Shown one piece after another: positions 47,235 to 60,500 of a DNA stretch of 64,000 nucleotides. Each line of letters starts with the position of its first letter. Positions within the stretch are counted from its first letter, which is position 1. The translations under genes were made by a program, and so were the position numbers. The stretch covers positions 186,001 through 250,000 of the forward strand of contig QPGO01000072.1 in assembly GCA_008632985.1 (NCBI GenBank). The letters run 5' to 3'. This DNA comes from Psammoneis japonica. Lineage: Eukaryota. The notes under the pieces were generated by a model. The model searched no databases and had not been told where the DNA came from. It saw nothing but the letters and a program-made list of their open reading frames with translations.

Positions 47235-50200
47235 AAGGTCCGTTCGGAACCGTAAGGTCCTTTTTTTAAAATAGAAGATTAAGGAAGCCTATGTAGAGCG
47301 GAAGGCAACAGCAGAGGGAGGCACGGAGGTAGCTGTAGAGACGGTAGAGTAAAAAGGTCGATGGACGCAAGACGAAGGGCGTTTTGTGGAAGGTATGGGT
47401 GAGGAGGGGGGCAGGGAGAGAGGAGGTGAATCGGAGGATGTGCGTAGAAAGGTGAAGAACAACGTTGTAGCCAAGAGTTTGGGTGGCCCACTGGGATGGG
47501 GTGGCTGTACGGTAGGTGTTTCCAAAGCGATCGGCGGACAGGCGACGCCATGCGGAGTCAGCAGAGGGAAGGATTGCAGACGGAGATGACAAAGCGTAGA
47601 GGAAGGCGGAGTGGGGAGGCATCGGAGTGACGAAGGTCAGAGGAAGAGGACCAGGGTGGCTTGGGCTGAGAGCAAACGGAGGGGGATGTAGAACCAAAGA
47701 GCAAGCGGTGGGCAAAGTAGCCGAGACCACCAAGGTGATCTACAGTGAAGGGGAGCAGAAAGATGCCATTGTCGCCAAGCGAAGAAACAACAAGGGATCC
47801 ATCGGTAGAGGAAGTAGAGGGGCCAAGAAACTTCAATCTCGCGCTCGAGTGGTGTGCCTCAGTTAAGATAGGAGAAGAGGGGGCAGGCAGACCTGGAGGA
47901 GGGCGAGAGGAAGCTTGAGGGACGGTGACGTCCACTGCAATGTAGTGATGGCGGGAGGGAGCGGAAAGGGAGGCGGGAGGGGGGATTGAAATGCCGACAT
48001 CGGCGGGACGGAGAAGCGGGCGGGTGGGGAGTAGGTTGGTGGGTTCAAGATGAACGTCATTGGGGGATCGACAGAACTCTGCAAGAGGACCCAAAGTTTG
48101 GGCTAGGATGAAAACAGTGTCACGGAGACCATTGGAAAGCTTGGACTTGTGAGCACGGCGGCAAGAAAAGGCATGATCACCGTAGGCATCCAGAATGGCA
48201 TGGCCACAGGGACAGGGAGTGTTGACAAGGGACGGAGGAAGGATGGGGAGACGAAGCTTACGAAGGGCGGCAACAGCGTGGGCGTCCGAAGAAAGGCAGG
48301 AGCTTGGAAAGCGACGAGAGAAGGAATGAAGAGGGAGGCTTGTAAGCGGAGACAGCAATGAAGGGAGTGAAGATTGCACGTCGTAAGATGAGTTAGCAAG
48401 GATGGAGGTCACTGCTTGTTGCTGATGTTCATGGTAGAGACGACGGGCCAGACCGGGGAGAGTGGCCGATTTAACCAGGGCAGCCAAGGAAGAAGAGGAA
48501 AGGGTAGAGGCGGAAGCCAGAACGGGAGCACAACGGCGGAAGAGCGTATAGAGTCGTAGGGAAGAGCGAGGGTTGGACCAGGAAGACAGGGAGAGCCGAA
48601 AGCAGCGCGGAAGGGAAACAGAAGCGCCAGATGGCAGGCTGACACCGTGCGAAGCAAAGCGGAACGAGCGGAGAAGCGACACCAAGAAGGAAGGAATGGC
48701 GGCAGTTGTTGGGTCCCGGAGACCAAACCCGCCTAAGGAGGCAGGAAGGAAGGCGATGGCAATGGAGTGGTCGGGAAAAGGAGCGGCGAAGGAAGTGACG
48801 TAGTGTAGAAAGCGGTGAGTGACGGCAAGGAGGAAATCTTGAAACGGAGAGGTCCAGAGAAAGGGGTCGGGAGGATTGTCGGGGTCGAAGTTGCAGCAGA
48901 AGTCAGCTCCAAGGAGGTGAGCAGAGGATGGAACAAAACAGTGCTTGAAGAGTTGAGCCTGGGTTTGTTTGTCATGGAGACGGGTGAGAAGCATGTCAAC
49001 TTTGTCGGAGAGAGCAGAGGAAGTGTCGGAAAGGAAAGAGGTGGCGAAGTCGTGGGAGCCGAGGGGCTGTCCAAGGAAGCGAACACCAGAGGTGAGTTCG
49101 GGGTTGTAAGAGGGGTCATTGGCAGGGTTTAAGAAGGAAAGTGCAGCACGGAGAGAATCGGCGCGGGAAGGGGGAAGAGCAGGGATGGGGCTAACACCGG
49201 CAATGGAGGTGAGGATCTTGGTTTTACGGAGGTTGAGGGAGATTCCGCAAGGGGCACCGAGGGCGGAGAAGCGTTCAAGGAACCATGGAAGTACGGAATG
49301 GGGAAGGAAAGTGTGAGCATCGTCAATGTAGGAGCCAACTGAGACAGAGGAACGGCCAGGAATACGTTCTTGAAGCTCTTGGTTAATCGGACGAAGAACC
49401 AGAGAGAGGACCAGGCTGGCGAAGACAGGGCCGAGAGGGCATCCTTGGGCAAATCCCTCTTCTTGAAGAAAGGAGCCCCAGGAAGAGTCGGGTCGGCGAC
49501 ACCAACATGCATTGGAACTTTGATGTAGAAGGTCAAAAAAAGGAAGCAGAGGATGGAAGGCAGGGGTGGAGGTGAGAACGTGTCGACAGGCATCTCGAGA
49601 TGCTTCGTTGAACATGTTGACGAGGTCAAGAAGAAGAAGAGCCTTGGTAGAGTCGGCAGAAGAAAGATGCCGTTCAATGTTGGCAAGAGCAGAGTGAATG
49701 AGATAATCGAGGCCACCTTTGACACCAATGCCAAATTGACCATCTGGGAGGAGGCACTCGGCAAATGCAGAACCAAAGAGAGTCATGACGACGGAGCCGG
49801 CAATGCGACGAAGAGCAGCACCGACGCCAATGGGGCGAAGCTTGTTGAGGTCGCTGGCATCTTTATGCAGAGCGACAAAGTAGTTCGAAGCAAATGAGGA
49901 ATGGACGGAGGAAGGAATGGAGCCATGGAGTAGAAGAAGGACAAGCTCACGAAAGGATGACAAGCAGGGGCGTTGAGCAACACCTGTTGGGGTTTTGGTA
50001 GAATTAGAGGGCGCAGGACTTGAAAAGGTCGGTAGAATCAGCAAAGACACCGGCAGCAGTCCCAGGCTTACATTTGGAGAGAGCGGAAAGAAGAGCATCG
50101 GAGGAGAGCTCAATGGGCTCATTATGAAGGGAGGAGGCCGAGCGAGTTGAAGGAGGATTAGGTAGATCGGAGGGGTGCAGGCGAGGAGGGTAGAGCTTGA

Positions 50201-51210
50201 GGATGGCAGGAAGGCGCTCAGGAGCAACGGCAGCAACAGGAAGCGCAGAGGTGAGCTTGGAGCAGGCCGAGTGAAAGTCATCTTCGTCGGCGCAAACTTG
50301 AGCGGAGCAGCAACAGGTGGAAGCAGAAAAGTCGGGGGAAGATGAGGAGAGGCGTGGCGCATGGGAGCAGGCTTCGTGGTAGAGTTGGCGAATACAGCCA
50401 CGGCGGAAGAGGGACAAGCGGGAGGCAATGGCAGGGCCAAACTTGGAGCGTGGCGGGACAGGAGCAAGAATGAGAGCTTCAAAGAGTAAGAGCAGCTTCC
50501 AGAAGGGAGCAGAGTCACGTTGCCACGTAGGAATGAGGTGGGAGGGGTCAGAGAGAGGCTGGGAGGCGGCTAGTACCCAGCTTGTCACATGATGAAGAGC
50601 AGAGTAGAGTTCCTTACGGGCGGAGGACGAGAGCTTGCGGCGGCAGGAAGCTCGGAAAGGCGGAGGCTCGAGTGCAAGAGCATGGAGCCATTGTAGCGAG
50701 GGGCCCCAGTCACCTAGATTATGGAAGGACGAGAGAACAATGTCAGTGTTAAGGGAAGAGCGAGGAGCGAAGTGCTTGTTCTGCAAGTGATTGCGAAGGT
50801 GGGTGGTAGACAGGCAGGTGCATTGGCCATGATTGCAATGCCTGCAGACGTGCAAACCAGCGGTGTCGAAGAAGGACGTGGGTGCATGAGAAAGCGAGAG
50901 GCGGGGATGCTCCTGGCGAAGATGGCTGCGTATAGAAGTAGGAAGGGATGATGCATCAATGGAAGGAGGGGACCAGGAGCAGAAGGGGCAAGTTGGCGAG
51001 GCACGGGCTTCGGTGGGTTCCACGAGGCGATGAGATCGCGGAGGGAGTCGATGTCAGGGGCTGCAGCCCGGATGGCTTCTTCGTAGAAGGGTTGCCAGGT
51101 AGAAAGGCGGGCCGGGCAGTAAGTACCTACGAAGGCATCAAGGACATCCAAGAGTTCCATCTCGCGCTGGGACTGTTGGGGAGAAACCGATCTGAGTTCC
51201 ATGCCGCAAC
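47235..51210 (-). mobile_element. CRE-clade-like non-LTR retrotransposon (C2H2 fingers, RT, restriction-like endonuclease)
   Basis: N-terminal CPFC..H....H and CRHC..H....H. RT motifs KLRPIGVG, GQFGIG, LDLVNMFN, GFAQGCPLGP and YIDD. C-terminal CPCG..D.YGDHAFSC and RPADV...AVDVT...LPF. Short A-tail on the minus strand (T7 at 47261-47267). Frameshifts near 50005 and 47600. Ends are approximate. Confidence 0.85.
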
Positions 51211-51375
51211 AGTTCGTGACAAATTTTAGTCGATGTAGTCATACATATCATTTGTTCACATACGATCCTGAATACGTTTCAATGTTTCAATATTCACACT
51301 TACAGTACAACGTCTGACGTCGCCCTATTGCGTGCGGATCTTTGAACCGGCGAAAGTGGTCAGCAAGAAGCGTTT
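51211..51375 (+). repeat. Diverged direct repeat, copy B (partner at 39585-39730), abutting the 5' end of the CRE-like element
   Basis: Shared blocks as listed for copy A. Confidence 0.8.
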
Positions 51376-51485
51376 GGGTGGTTGTCGGTTGTGAGTGTTA
51401 CAGTAGAAGTATTTTGTGCGAAGTCCATAGCAAAGTGTCGTACCCCCTTTGTTCCATTTGTGAGTGAGCTTTTGCATGGTATACG

Positions 51486-53026
51486 ATGGGGCAGTTATGC
51501 AGCAAGTCAGCTCCGTCCAGCGTCGAGAGGAATATGGGAGATAGTCCGAGGAAGGAACCTACAGCATCAGCTCCGCCACCTCCAGCAGCGCCAGCAGCTG
51601 ATACTACAAAAGACGAGCGCACGAAGGAATTAGAGTCGTTTCGGGAAAAGTTCCGAGGATCCGTGTACTTTGATGCCCTTGATCATTTTGAAGAAGATGA
51701 AGAAGCCTACAAAGTTGAACCCTTGCGCTATGCTCCTGCCGCAGCTGCCAACCCGCACCCACGTGCCTCGATTGCTGTGGACGTGGACGCCACCATGCTC
51801 AAGGATAAGCGGGAGGACATGAATCAACGTTCCGCCTCTGTCGTTGTTATGGAGAATCTGAAGTCGCCTTCTATCAAACTCAGCATGGAAGGATATCCCG
51901 GAGATTTGACTCCGACGGAACTTGAAGCTTGTAGGCTGTTTCGCCAGCGACTCAAGCAAAAGGATCCTGCTTACTATGACATGGTGTTGGCGTTGGCACC
52001 CGGTGAGGAAGAGCCTTACTCGATCTGCCGCTTTATGCGAGCGAGGAACTTTGATGTTGATGCTGTGATTGAGATGATGGACGAGTCCATTGGCATGTGG
52101 AAGGATGCAGCAAAGCATAAGTTTTACCCCACAATCGAAGATGCAGTTGGGTGCAGCGAGGCCGTCTTCAATTCGCAGTATCCCTCTGTTTGGTCTGGTC
52201 TTGCAGAGAATGGACAGTCGTTATCTTCCTTCCAGCAAGCGCCATGTCCATTGAAGGAATACAGTGTTTGGCTGAGGTTGACCAGTTGAGTAATTATTTC
52301 TGGTACACCTCAAAACACAGGTTTGCAAAGCGCTTGATCGAGCTACAGGAAGATAACCCTCAAGTTGTTGTACGTGCAGAACAATTTTATGTCGTCGACT
52401 TGAAGAATACAACTTCATCACAGTTCTCAAAGACTGCTATTGAAGCCGTGAAGAACATGTTCATGCCATCCTCGTGTTTCCCCGAGATTCTTAATAAGGC
52501 GGTGGTTCTAAATGCTCCAAGCTTCTTCTCCTTCATCTGGCGCATCGCGAAAGTATTCCTGGATCCACGTACGCAGCAGAAGGTTGAGATCTTCTCCAGT
52601 GCCAGCAAGGGTAATGAACGGTTGAAAGAGCTCATGAAATCTGAGTACATTCCATCTGACTACGGTGGTACGGCGCCCTCCATTGATGAGATCTTTCGTG
52701 AGCAATACTGTGGTGCAGGACGTCGACAAGTTCATAATCTAATGACTCTTGAAAAAAAGAGAAAAACGGACTGGAAGTTCACCTTGAACGCAAAAGAACG
52801 CGCGACCGTGACAGTGTACAGTTCTTCTCCCGGTCCAGCTGACTTTGTTGTTTCATCTGGCGGCAAGAGTATTGCGCAGTCAAGTGTGAAAAGCAATGGC
52901 AAAAAGGGCGCGTACTCGACAGAGATTGCTTCCAAGTTGGAGGGCTCCGGCAATTTTCAAGTCTCGGCTCATTCGCAGTCGTATAGCACCGAATACTTTT
53001 TGGTCATTGTCAGTATCATAATGTAG
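51486..53026 (+). CDS. Sec14/CRAL-TRIO lipid-binding protein (one apparent 1-nt frameshift near 52213)
   Basis: MGQLCS N-terminus (possible acylation site), GYPGDLT, ICRFMRARNFDV, VVDLKN, CFPEIL...LNAPSFF...FLDPRTQQKV, IPSDYGG. The two ORFs join as ENG/TVVIF if one base is added. Confidence 0.82.
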
Positions 53027-53519
53027 CAGAACAAATTTTAAGTCCAATGTCAGAATTATGTACCATACTCCGATTATCAACAATTTCGCCCTGTTTCAAT
53101 CAAATTAGTTGTCTAATCGTGGAATGAATTGTAAAAGAATAATGGGAGACACGATTGCCAAAGTCTATCAGCTAGAAACGAATGTTCAGATGAAGAACGG
53201 CTATTGAGGCTTGCAAGGGGCTCGAGTCACTTAGTTCAGTTAGACTTGCTTCTCTCTTGATCATTCTGTTCGCAAGTTCGAATCACGGAACTACGACCTG
53301 GTCAATCCTAAGACAAGATGAAAAAACCGCAGAACTCGGAAAAAGTCCCCTCTAGTTCTAGCAAGCCGGTCACTTCCCTACCTCTACTAGAGGATATGAA
53401 GGTTAAGTCTAACAAAATCAGTTTAACACATACACAAATTACCAAAATTTGCAAAACCATAGAATTCCCATAGCAACTGAGTAGAGCGAGCCACGCGTAA
53501 TTTCCCTTGGTGACTCATC

Positions 53520-54166
53520 TCAAGGCTCTTCCTTCTCAAACTCCTCCAACGACTTTCGCAGGGACTCTGACGGCAAAGAATGCCTGCGTTTGTCTTCATT
53601 TGCGTCTTCATCTTCTATTGAAAAGCCGGCGGACAGCAACTCTTCAGAATTTTGCGGGTCACTGATCGATACCCGACGCTGTGGAGACAAGGAGGACAAC
53701 TTCTGTCGCCGCGCCTTCTCCTGCTCATCCAAGAGAACCCCCATTTCATCCCTTTCAATCTCCATCACTGGACCCATCTGATCTTCTGGATCGCTTTTTG
53801 TAGTAGATGCCGTGTCTTGTCGATTTTGAAGGGCCTTTTCTTTGACCGTGACGGTACTTTTCCCTAGTTCTGTCGTACTTTCTGCTTCCAATGGCACGCT
53901 TGGAAGCGACACAGTCATACGACGGGAAGCTCTAGTCATGTCTGGAAGGTTTGCCGTCCCCTGACATATCGCATATCGCGCAACTCTGTACCACCTCCAA
54001 TGAGGGTAGCATTTCTTCACGGATGCATATCGTGGATGCAAATGGAGGAAGAAATTGAAAAAGCCTTGAAAAGGTTGCAATGTGTTACCCAACAGCACAA
54101 TCCAATACTTTGGGGGTACGTTCTCCACAAGCCGTTTTGCATTTGCAATGGTGATCCAGGCATAAG
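53520..54166 (-). pseudogene. 3' part of a 7TM GPCR-like (cAMP-receptor/Git3-like) gene interrupted by Copia
   Basis: YAWITI...LQPFQGFFNFFLHLHPRY followed by a hydrophilic tail. It joins in frame to 61414-62299 when the element and one TSD are removed (IFFNT|YAWIT). Confidence 0.8.
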
Positions 54167-54400
54167 AGTCACGACTCAACGTCATTCTGGTCGCATCTCA
54201 CGACTACAACCCAGACTCAGATTTTCTCTTCGAAATAATTAGCTCATCACAAAATCGATTCAAACAGAAGCAACGACATTCGTCATAATTTCTAGACAAC
54301 GACTTTCAAAAAGCGTCTGTTTACCTCTGTCGCTATTCATATTGCTACCAACCTCCGAGGTCTTATCCATCCTACTCAGCTGCAGGACTGTATCTCGACT
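54167..54400 (+). repeat. 5' LTR (AGTC...GACT termini)
   Basis: Ungapped match to 61175-61408 with 12 substitutions. Confidence 0.95.
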
Positions 54401-54413
54401 GGTCACAGAGACC
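54400..54413 (+). other. Putative primer-binding site
   Basis: TGGTCACAGAGACC directly at the 5' LTR end; resembles the tRNA-iMet type TGGTATCAGAGC. Confidence 0.5.
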
Positions 54414-54562
54414 AATTTGCGCGTTGACGAGAGCTCCTGACCGAGTCATCGTCACGGACGCTTTCGGTTTTTGATTTTGAAGCAAACCCGGGAAATAGCT
54501 GAGTCTCTCTCGCTTCTCTCGTCTTCACCCTAACAAGAACCTCCCACACTACACTCTCTGTC

Positions 54563-57500
54563 ATGGCTGCCATCGATCCAGATGTTCTGGCGAAGGCGTT
54601 TGCCGATGCAATGGCCGCCAACGCCGCGGCGACCGCTCCTCCGGCTCCAACCAAGCCGTTACGTGGTGGAATTCACCCAACCCACGGGGTTTACATTGGT
54701 GGTTCCAAACTCAACAACAACTGCGAACAATCCAACGACAGAACCTGCCGACTCGCCTCTCAGCGCCGTCATCCCAAGGCTCTCGACTCGATAGAACGAT
54801 CTCTCCGCGATCAACAAGCTTCCGCAATGACTTCCAAGTTCAACGGTCGACTTGAGATTTCGGACGGTTCCATCAACGAGCTTGACAAGGACCATTTCGT
54901 CAAGACTGTTCGAGATCTAGTAGAAGCCCACGGTCAGCAGACGTTCTACCATGTCAAGGACAGCGACGACAAGGTTCAACATGTCTTCGACCATCTTCAC
55001 GAGTTTACTGTGACCGATCTCGTGAATGAGTACACGGTTAGGAAAGCAGCTACCGATGATGCCAAGTACGACGAGATCGAGCTCGACGATGTCGGGCTCT
55101 CTCAACTTCTCGTTCACTCAAGAATCACTGACACCTTTCGCGAGAAAATCGAGACCAAGTTCAACCATCTTTCGGACTGCCAAGACTACCCTGGATCTGT
55201 TCCATTCATGATGGCTCTCGACACTTGCAACACTAGCGCTCTAACGAACATTGAGACGGCTGAGAAGCAGCTGGAAGACCTTAGTTTGGTTGACTATCCC
55301 GGCGAGGATTGCACGGACTTTGCCACCGAAGCTCTTCGCATCGTGAAAATTGTGCAGACCGACTGCGCGCTTCCGGCGAACACAAGCTCCAAGCTACTCC
55401 ACAAGATCTCCTCTACGTCCTCTGAACACTTCAATCGCCGAGTCTACAACAAGCTCGACGACGTCAAGGCTGTGGAACGCAAGTGCCGCCTCAAGAATCC
55501 TGCTGACATCGTGTCCGACAGTGATTGCAGAACGCTCGGACCGGTCGGCATCATTGCGTGGATTCAAGAGCAACACAATGAACTCGTGAAGGACGGGGAA
55601 TGGCCTGCATTAGTCGCCAAGCTACCCGAGAGTAATCTTTCAACTACGGACAACCCTGGGAAGACGAAGCACTGTCATGGTTGCGGTCTCGAGGGGTGCG
55701 CCAAGAAGACGTGTCCGAAGTGCAACGCCAAACCGCCGCGCGACGATCCTCCTCCCAATCCGCCGCCTGCAGACGACCCCTCCAAGAAGAAGAGGCGACC
55801 CATCGCTGTCTGGCGCACTAAATTTGACGGAGAAACGAAGAAGGATAAGAATGGCAAGGAATGGAAGTGGTGTGCCACGTGCAAGGCGAAGGGTGCCGAC
55901 AAACCTGGAATCTACCAGAAGCACTCTACCGCGGAACATACCGACGACCGCAGGCAACCTCCCAAGGAGACCCCAGCCGGGAATTTGTCTTCCGTTGCTG
56001 ATCCGGACAGTGGCGTGCCCATGGGTCCGCCCGCTCAGACTACCAAGGAACCAGAGGGAGACGAATCCGACCCCAACGAGTTGGTTTTCACGGGAATGTG
56101 GTGCGCGGCTACGGATCCCGTTGCCGACCCGGATTTCTGTTCCGCCCCTGTTGCTGCTGCAACCATTGTTACTCCGGCTTCTTCGGCCGAGAGGGAGAGC
56201 GATGCAGTCGTCAGTGCTGAGGTGGTTTGCATCGAAACGAGCCCACCTGCACTCACCTCAGTCGTGGATCCAGTCGTGTCTCCCATCGTGGTTGAGACTG
56301 TCACTCCCGAAGACGCCGATGACTTCTACGAACACTCCGACGCTTTCTCTACCTTTGAAAACGAACCACCGGCTATTGAGTTGTTTCCGGCCTCGAAGCT
56401 GTACTCCATCAAGCATCCAGATGAGTTCTTTGACGCTCCCGCACATTTGACGGACATGCTGTCAGACGACACCAAGTTAGATCTCATCCTTGAACACGAC
56501 GTACACTTTGAAGACGCACACTACGACTTGCCTCCGTGTGTTACGTATCGTGGCTTCGATTTCTACGATCCAGAGGTCCTGGACACGGATGATTGTCACG
56601 AGGACGTCGAAGACGAGCCCACTTCGCGTCGCTCACTCTTGGGTCGAGTCAAGCTGTTCACATTCTGGCTCGCCGCCATGTTTTGGGAAACGGTGCTGCA
56701 TCTTTGCTTTGCTCCGATCCCATGCATTCCTCGAGCTCTACGCCGCCAGCGCAAACTCCCAACTTTGCACGGGTTTCCAGCCTCCTGGATGGTCCTGTCC
56801 GTTGCAGTGATGGTGTGGTCAGCAGTTTACGCCGGTCAACAGCCCGAGCATCCCTTCTCGCACGTGCCAAGTCGTTTTTCGACCGCTGGCTCTCAAGTCT
56901 ACCACATTGTGGAAGAGCTAGATGACCGGATAGTGTTGGATGCGGGGTCACTGTTCGAATGTCACAGGATCAAAGGCACGCAAGTACTCACCGAGTTTGT
57001 CGCGCGCCATCCATCACACGCACTGAGCACTCGTCTCAAGGCCTGCTGGGAGAGCCCAGAAGTGGCTGAACGGTCTGATGCGATGGACGAATCAGCCTTC
57101 TTTGACACCTGTGAGGAACTGGAACCTCTCGACGACCAGAAGCATTTCTTTGACGCTCTTGAGGACTTCAGCCCAGATTTCTTCCGGTTTGACAAGCTCT
57201 GTCTGCCGCATCACATCGTGGACACTGCCCATTTTCAAGATCCTGTGGAACTGTTGGAGGAAGCAAGTGTTAGACCAGTCGTCTGTGACACCTCCACCAT
57301 CCAACTGCTCACCGGACAATCACAAGCCGACCTCCTTGCATCCGATCCGCAGGCTCTCATCGGTCTGTCGGACGAGGCTCTCACGGTCGTCATGGACACT
57401 GGTGCCACGTTAGCTGTTGCCCCCGACAAAGATGATTTTACGGGGCCTGTGACTGTTCCCAAGAAACCCTTGCAGATCAATGGGATTGCCAACGGTCTTG

Positions 57501-60500
57501 CCATCCAGGGTGCCGGTCCGGTTGCGTGGGTGTTCACAACGCCGAGTGGGGCTACCATCCAACTGAACACCATGGCATGCTACGTCCCTGGAGCCCGTCA
57601 GCGCCTGCCATCGCCTCAACGCCTCTTCAACGAAGAGAAGGGGACACGTGGGAAGTGTGAGGGCGATGAAACCACTTTCCGTTTACATGTTGACGGGGTG
57701 GGCAAGTTGGTCGTGCCATGTCATCCATCAAGCCACTTGCCTGTTGCGTCGATGACCAAGGGCGCATCTGCCGCTCCTCAAGTGAACCTTCAGGTCCTCA
57801 ACGAGGAGAATCAAAACCTCACGGCAGGCCAAAAGCTTCTTCTCGAAATGCACGCCCGTTTTGGCCATTTGAACTTTGGTCGCGTCCAAGCACTTCTCCG
57901 CGCAGTTCCGTTCCTTTCGAACCGTTTCAAGTCCGCAGCGAAGTGTGACCACCCAAGATGCGAGGCATGCGAATGTGCTAAAGGTCACAGACGCTCTCTT
58001 GGATCTACTCACAAGTCGACAGTCCCTGAACGCGACGGGGCCCTTCGAGCTGACCATCTTCGACCGGGTCAGGCTGTCAGCGTTGATCATTTTGAGTCGC
58101 GCCTTTTAGGCCGCACCTTCGACTCTTATGGCAAAGCCACGTCCAAGCAATTCAAGGGCGGTTGCATCTTTGTCGACCACGCCTCTGGCTATGTCCAGGT
58201 CGAGCACCAACTGGGTTTCTCCGCTGTTGAGACGATGCGCGCGAAGCAAGCGTTTGAGAAACATGCTTTGGACCACGGGGTCATCGTCCAAGAATTTCTT
58301 GCCGACAGTGGCGCTTTCAAGGCCAACGCTTTTGCACAACATGTGCGAGAACATGAACAACATCTCCGTTTTTGTGGAGCCAACGCCCATCATCAGAACG
58401 GCGTCGCAGAGCGGGGCATCCACAGCATCTCCAACATGGCGAGAGCGATGTTGCTTCATGCATCAATCCACTGGAAGGGGGGAATTGACAGCTCCCTGTG
58501 GCCCATGGCAGTTTCTTGTGCCACGTGTGTCTACAATGTCACCCCAAATTCCAAAGGACATTGCCCAGTGGACATTTTCACCGGTTCGACAGTGCCAAGA
58601 CATCGGTTGCGCGACATTCACACATGGGGATGTCCAGCGTACGTACTTGACCCGACCCTCGCTTCCGGGAAGAAGCTCCCGCATTGGGAGCCTCGCACTC
58701 GTCGCGCTTTGTTCGTGGGACTCAGCACCATCCATTCCAGTGAGGTTCCTTTGGTCCTCAATCTTCAAACTGGAAGTGTTGCACCTCAGTGTCATGTGGT
58801 CTTTGACGATCTCTTCACCACCGTGCCATCAATCGAGAGGGAGACGGATCCACCTGATCACTGGGAACACTTGTGCCTCAACCAATTGACATGCATCCCT
58901 CTGGAGAAGGATCAGGCAGTTCATTTACACGATGAGTGGCTCACCCCTCCAGAGCGTCAACGTAAAGAACGAGAACTAGCCAGAGCAACACGCATTCGCG
59001 GGCATTTTGAGCCCACTCCATCGATTGCTGTGCCGGATTCACCCACTTCTCGCGACGACGTCACCGATCGAGTCGCACCTGCGACTCAGCAGCCAACGCC
59101 ACCAGTCCCACCTGCGACTCAAACTCCTACAGACTCTGCGGACTCTGCGCCAATTCAGCCACCTGAACCTCAAGACAGTGACGGACTTCCGCCACCCGAA
59201 GCGCCGACGGAACCAACAGCTCCTCCCCCAGTCGAGACACCTCCTGTGATGAATCCAGAGGGAGCGCCAGGGCTGCGACGGTCTTCACGGTCAACCAAGG
59301 GACAGTTCAACTCTGCCAAGTTTGTAGATGAGGTCTACTTCAGCTCCGTTGAGAAAATGCCGCCACCGATCGGACACGAGGCTCAACTGGCGCATCTGGC
59401 GACTCTCGAGACAGATTTGGACAGTGGCACCATCAATGTCGGCGATCCACGAGCCTGCGCAGCTAGCAAGAAAACCAAGGACCCTGATGTGCCTTCGTTG
59501 CACAATGCTCTGAAAGGTCCGGACTCCGACGAATGGATTGAGGCGATGAAAATTGAAGTCAACGCACTCGTGCATCATCGAGCCTGGAAAGCAGTCGAGC
59601 GTCAGCCGCACATGAATGCACTTCCAGGCACATGGGCACCAAAGCTCAAGAGACTCCCAGATGGAACCCCTCTCAAGTATAAGGCCCGATGCTGCGTCCG
59701 CGGTGATTTGCAGAAAGAAGGAGTCGACCACTTCGAAACCTGCGCGCCGGTTGTGCAATGGTCCAGTGTCCGACTCATGCTCACTGCGGCATTAAAGGAG
59801 GGATGGACCACACGACAGGTGGACTGTGCCACAGCCTTTTGCCAAGCTGATGTCGCCGAGGAAGTTCACATAACACCGCCGAAGGGATTTGCGCCAAGGT
59901 CGGGACTCAATGTGGTTCTCAAACTTTTGAAAGGACTGCACGGCCTAAAACAGTCTCCCAAGGGCTTCTACGAGAAGTTACGAGCTGGTTTAACCGAGCG
60001 CGGATGGGCACCTTCAGCCATGGATCCCTGTTTGTATTTCAAAGAGGGCATGATGTGTGTGGTGCACGTCGACGACACCGTTTTTGCTGGAGCTTCAGCT
60101 GAAGCTCTAGAAGCCGAAATTCGCAAGTTAGGAGTCTCCGATGACGAACATCGCCACGCATTTGAACTTAGAGACGAAGGAGAAGTCGGTGACTTTCTCA
60201 GCATCAAGATCGAAAAGCTCTCCGAGGGTCGATTTCTACTCACTCAACCCGGTCTAATTGACAAGGTCCTGCGCACCGCACAGATGCAGGATTGCAATGG
60301 AGCATCTGCTCCAGCTCTACCTGCGGCTGTTGGTGCCGACACGGACGGCCTGCCTTTTGATGAACCCTGCGATTATCGCTCAGTTGTTGGAATGTTGATG
60401 TGCTTGGCAGCGAACAGCCGGCCAGACATTGCACATGCCACACATCAAGTGGCTCGATTCTCGTTTGCGCCCTGAGCGTCCCATGCTGCTGCAGTGAAGC

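Noticed and set aside
52151..52289. Two separate overlapping genes or a programmed frameshift at the Sec14 locus
   Set aside because: A single missing base near 52213 restores one continuous CRAL-TRIO protein and there is no slippery sequence. Probably a consensus indel.
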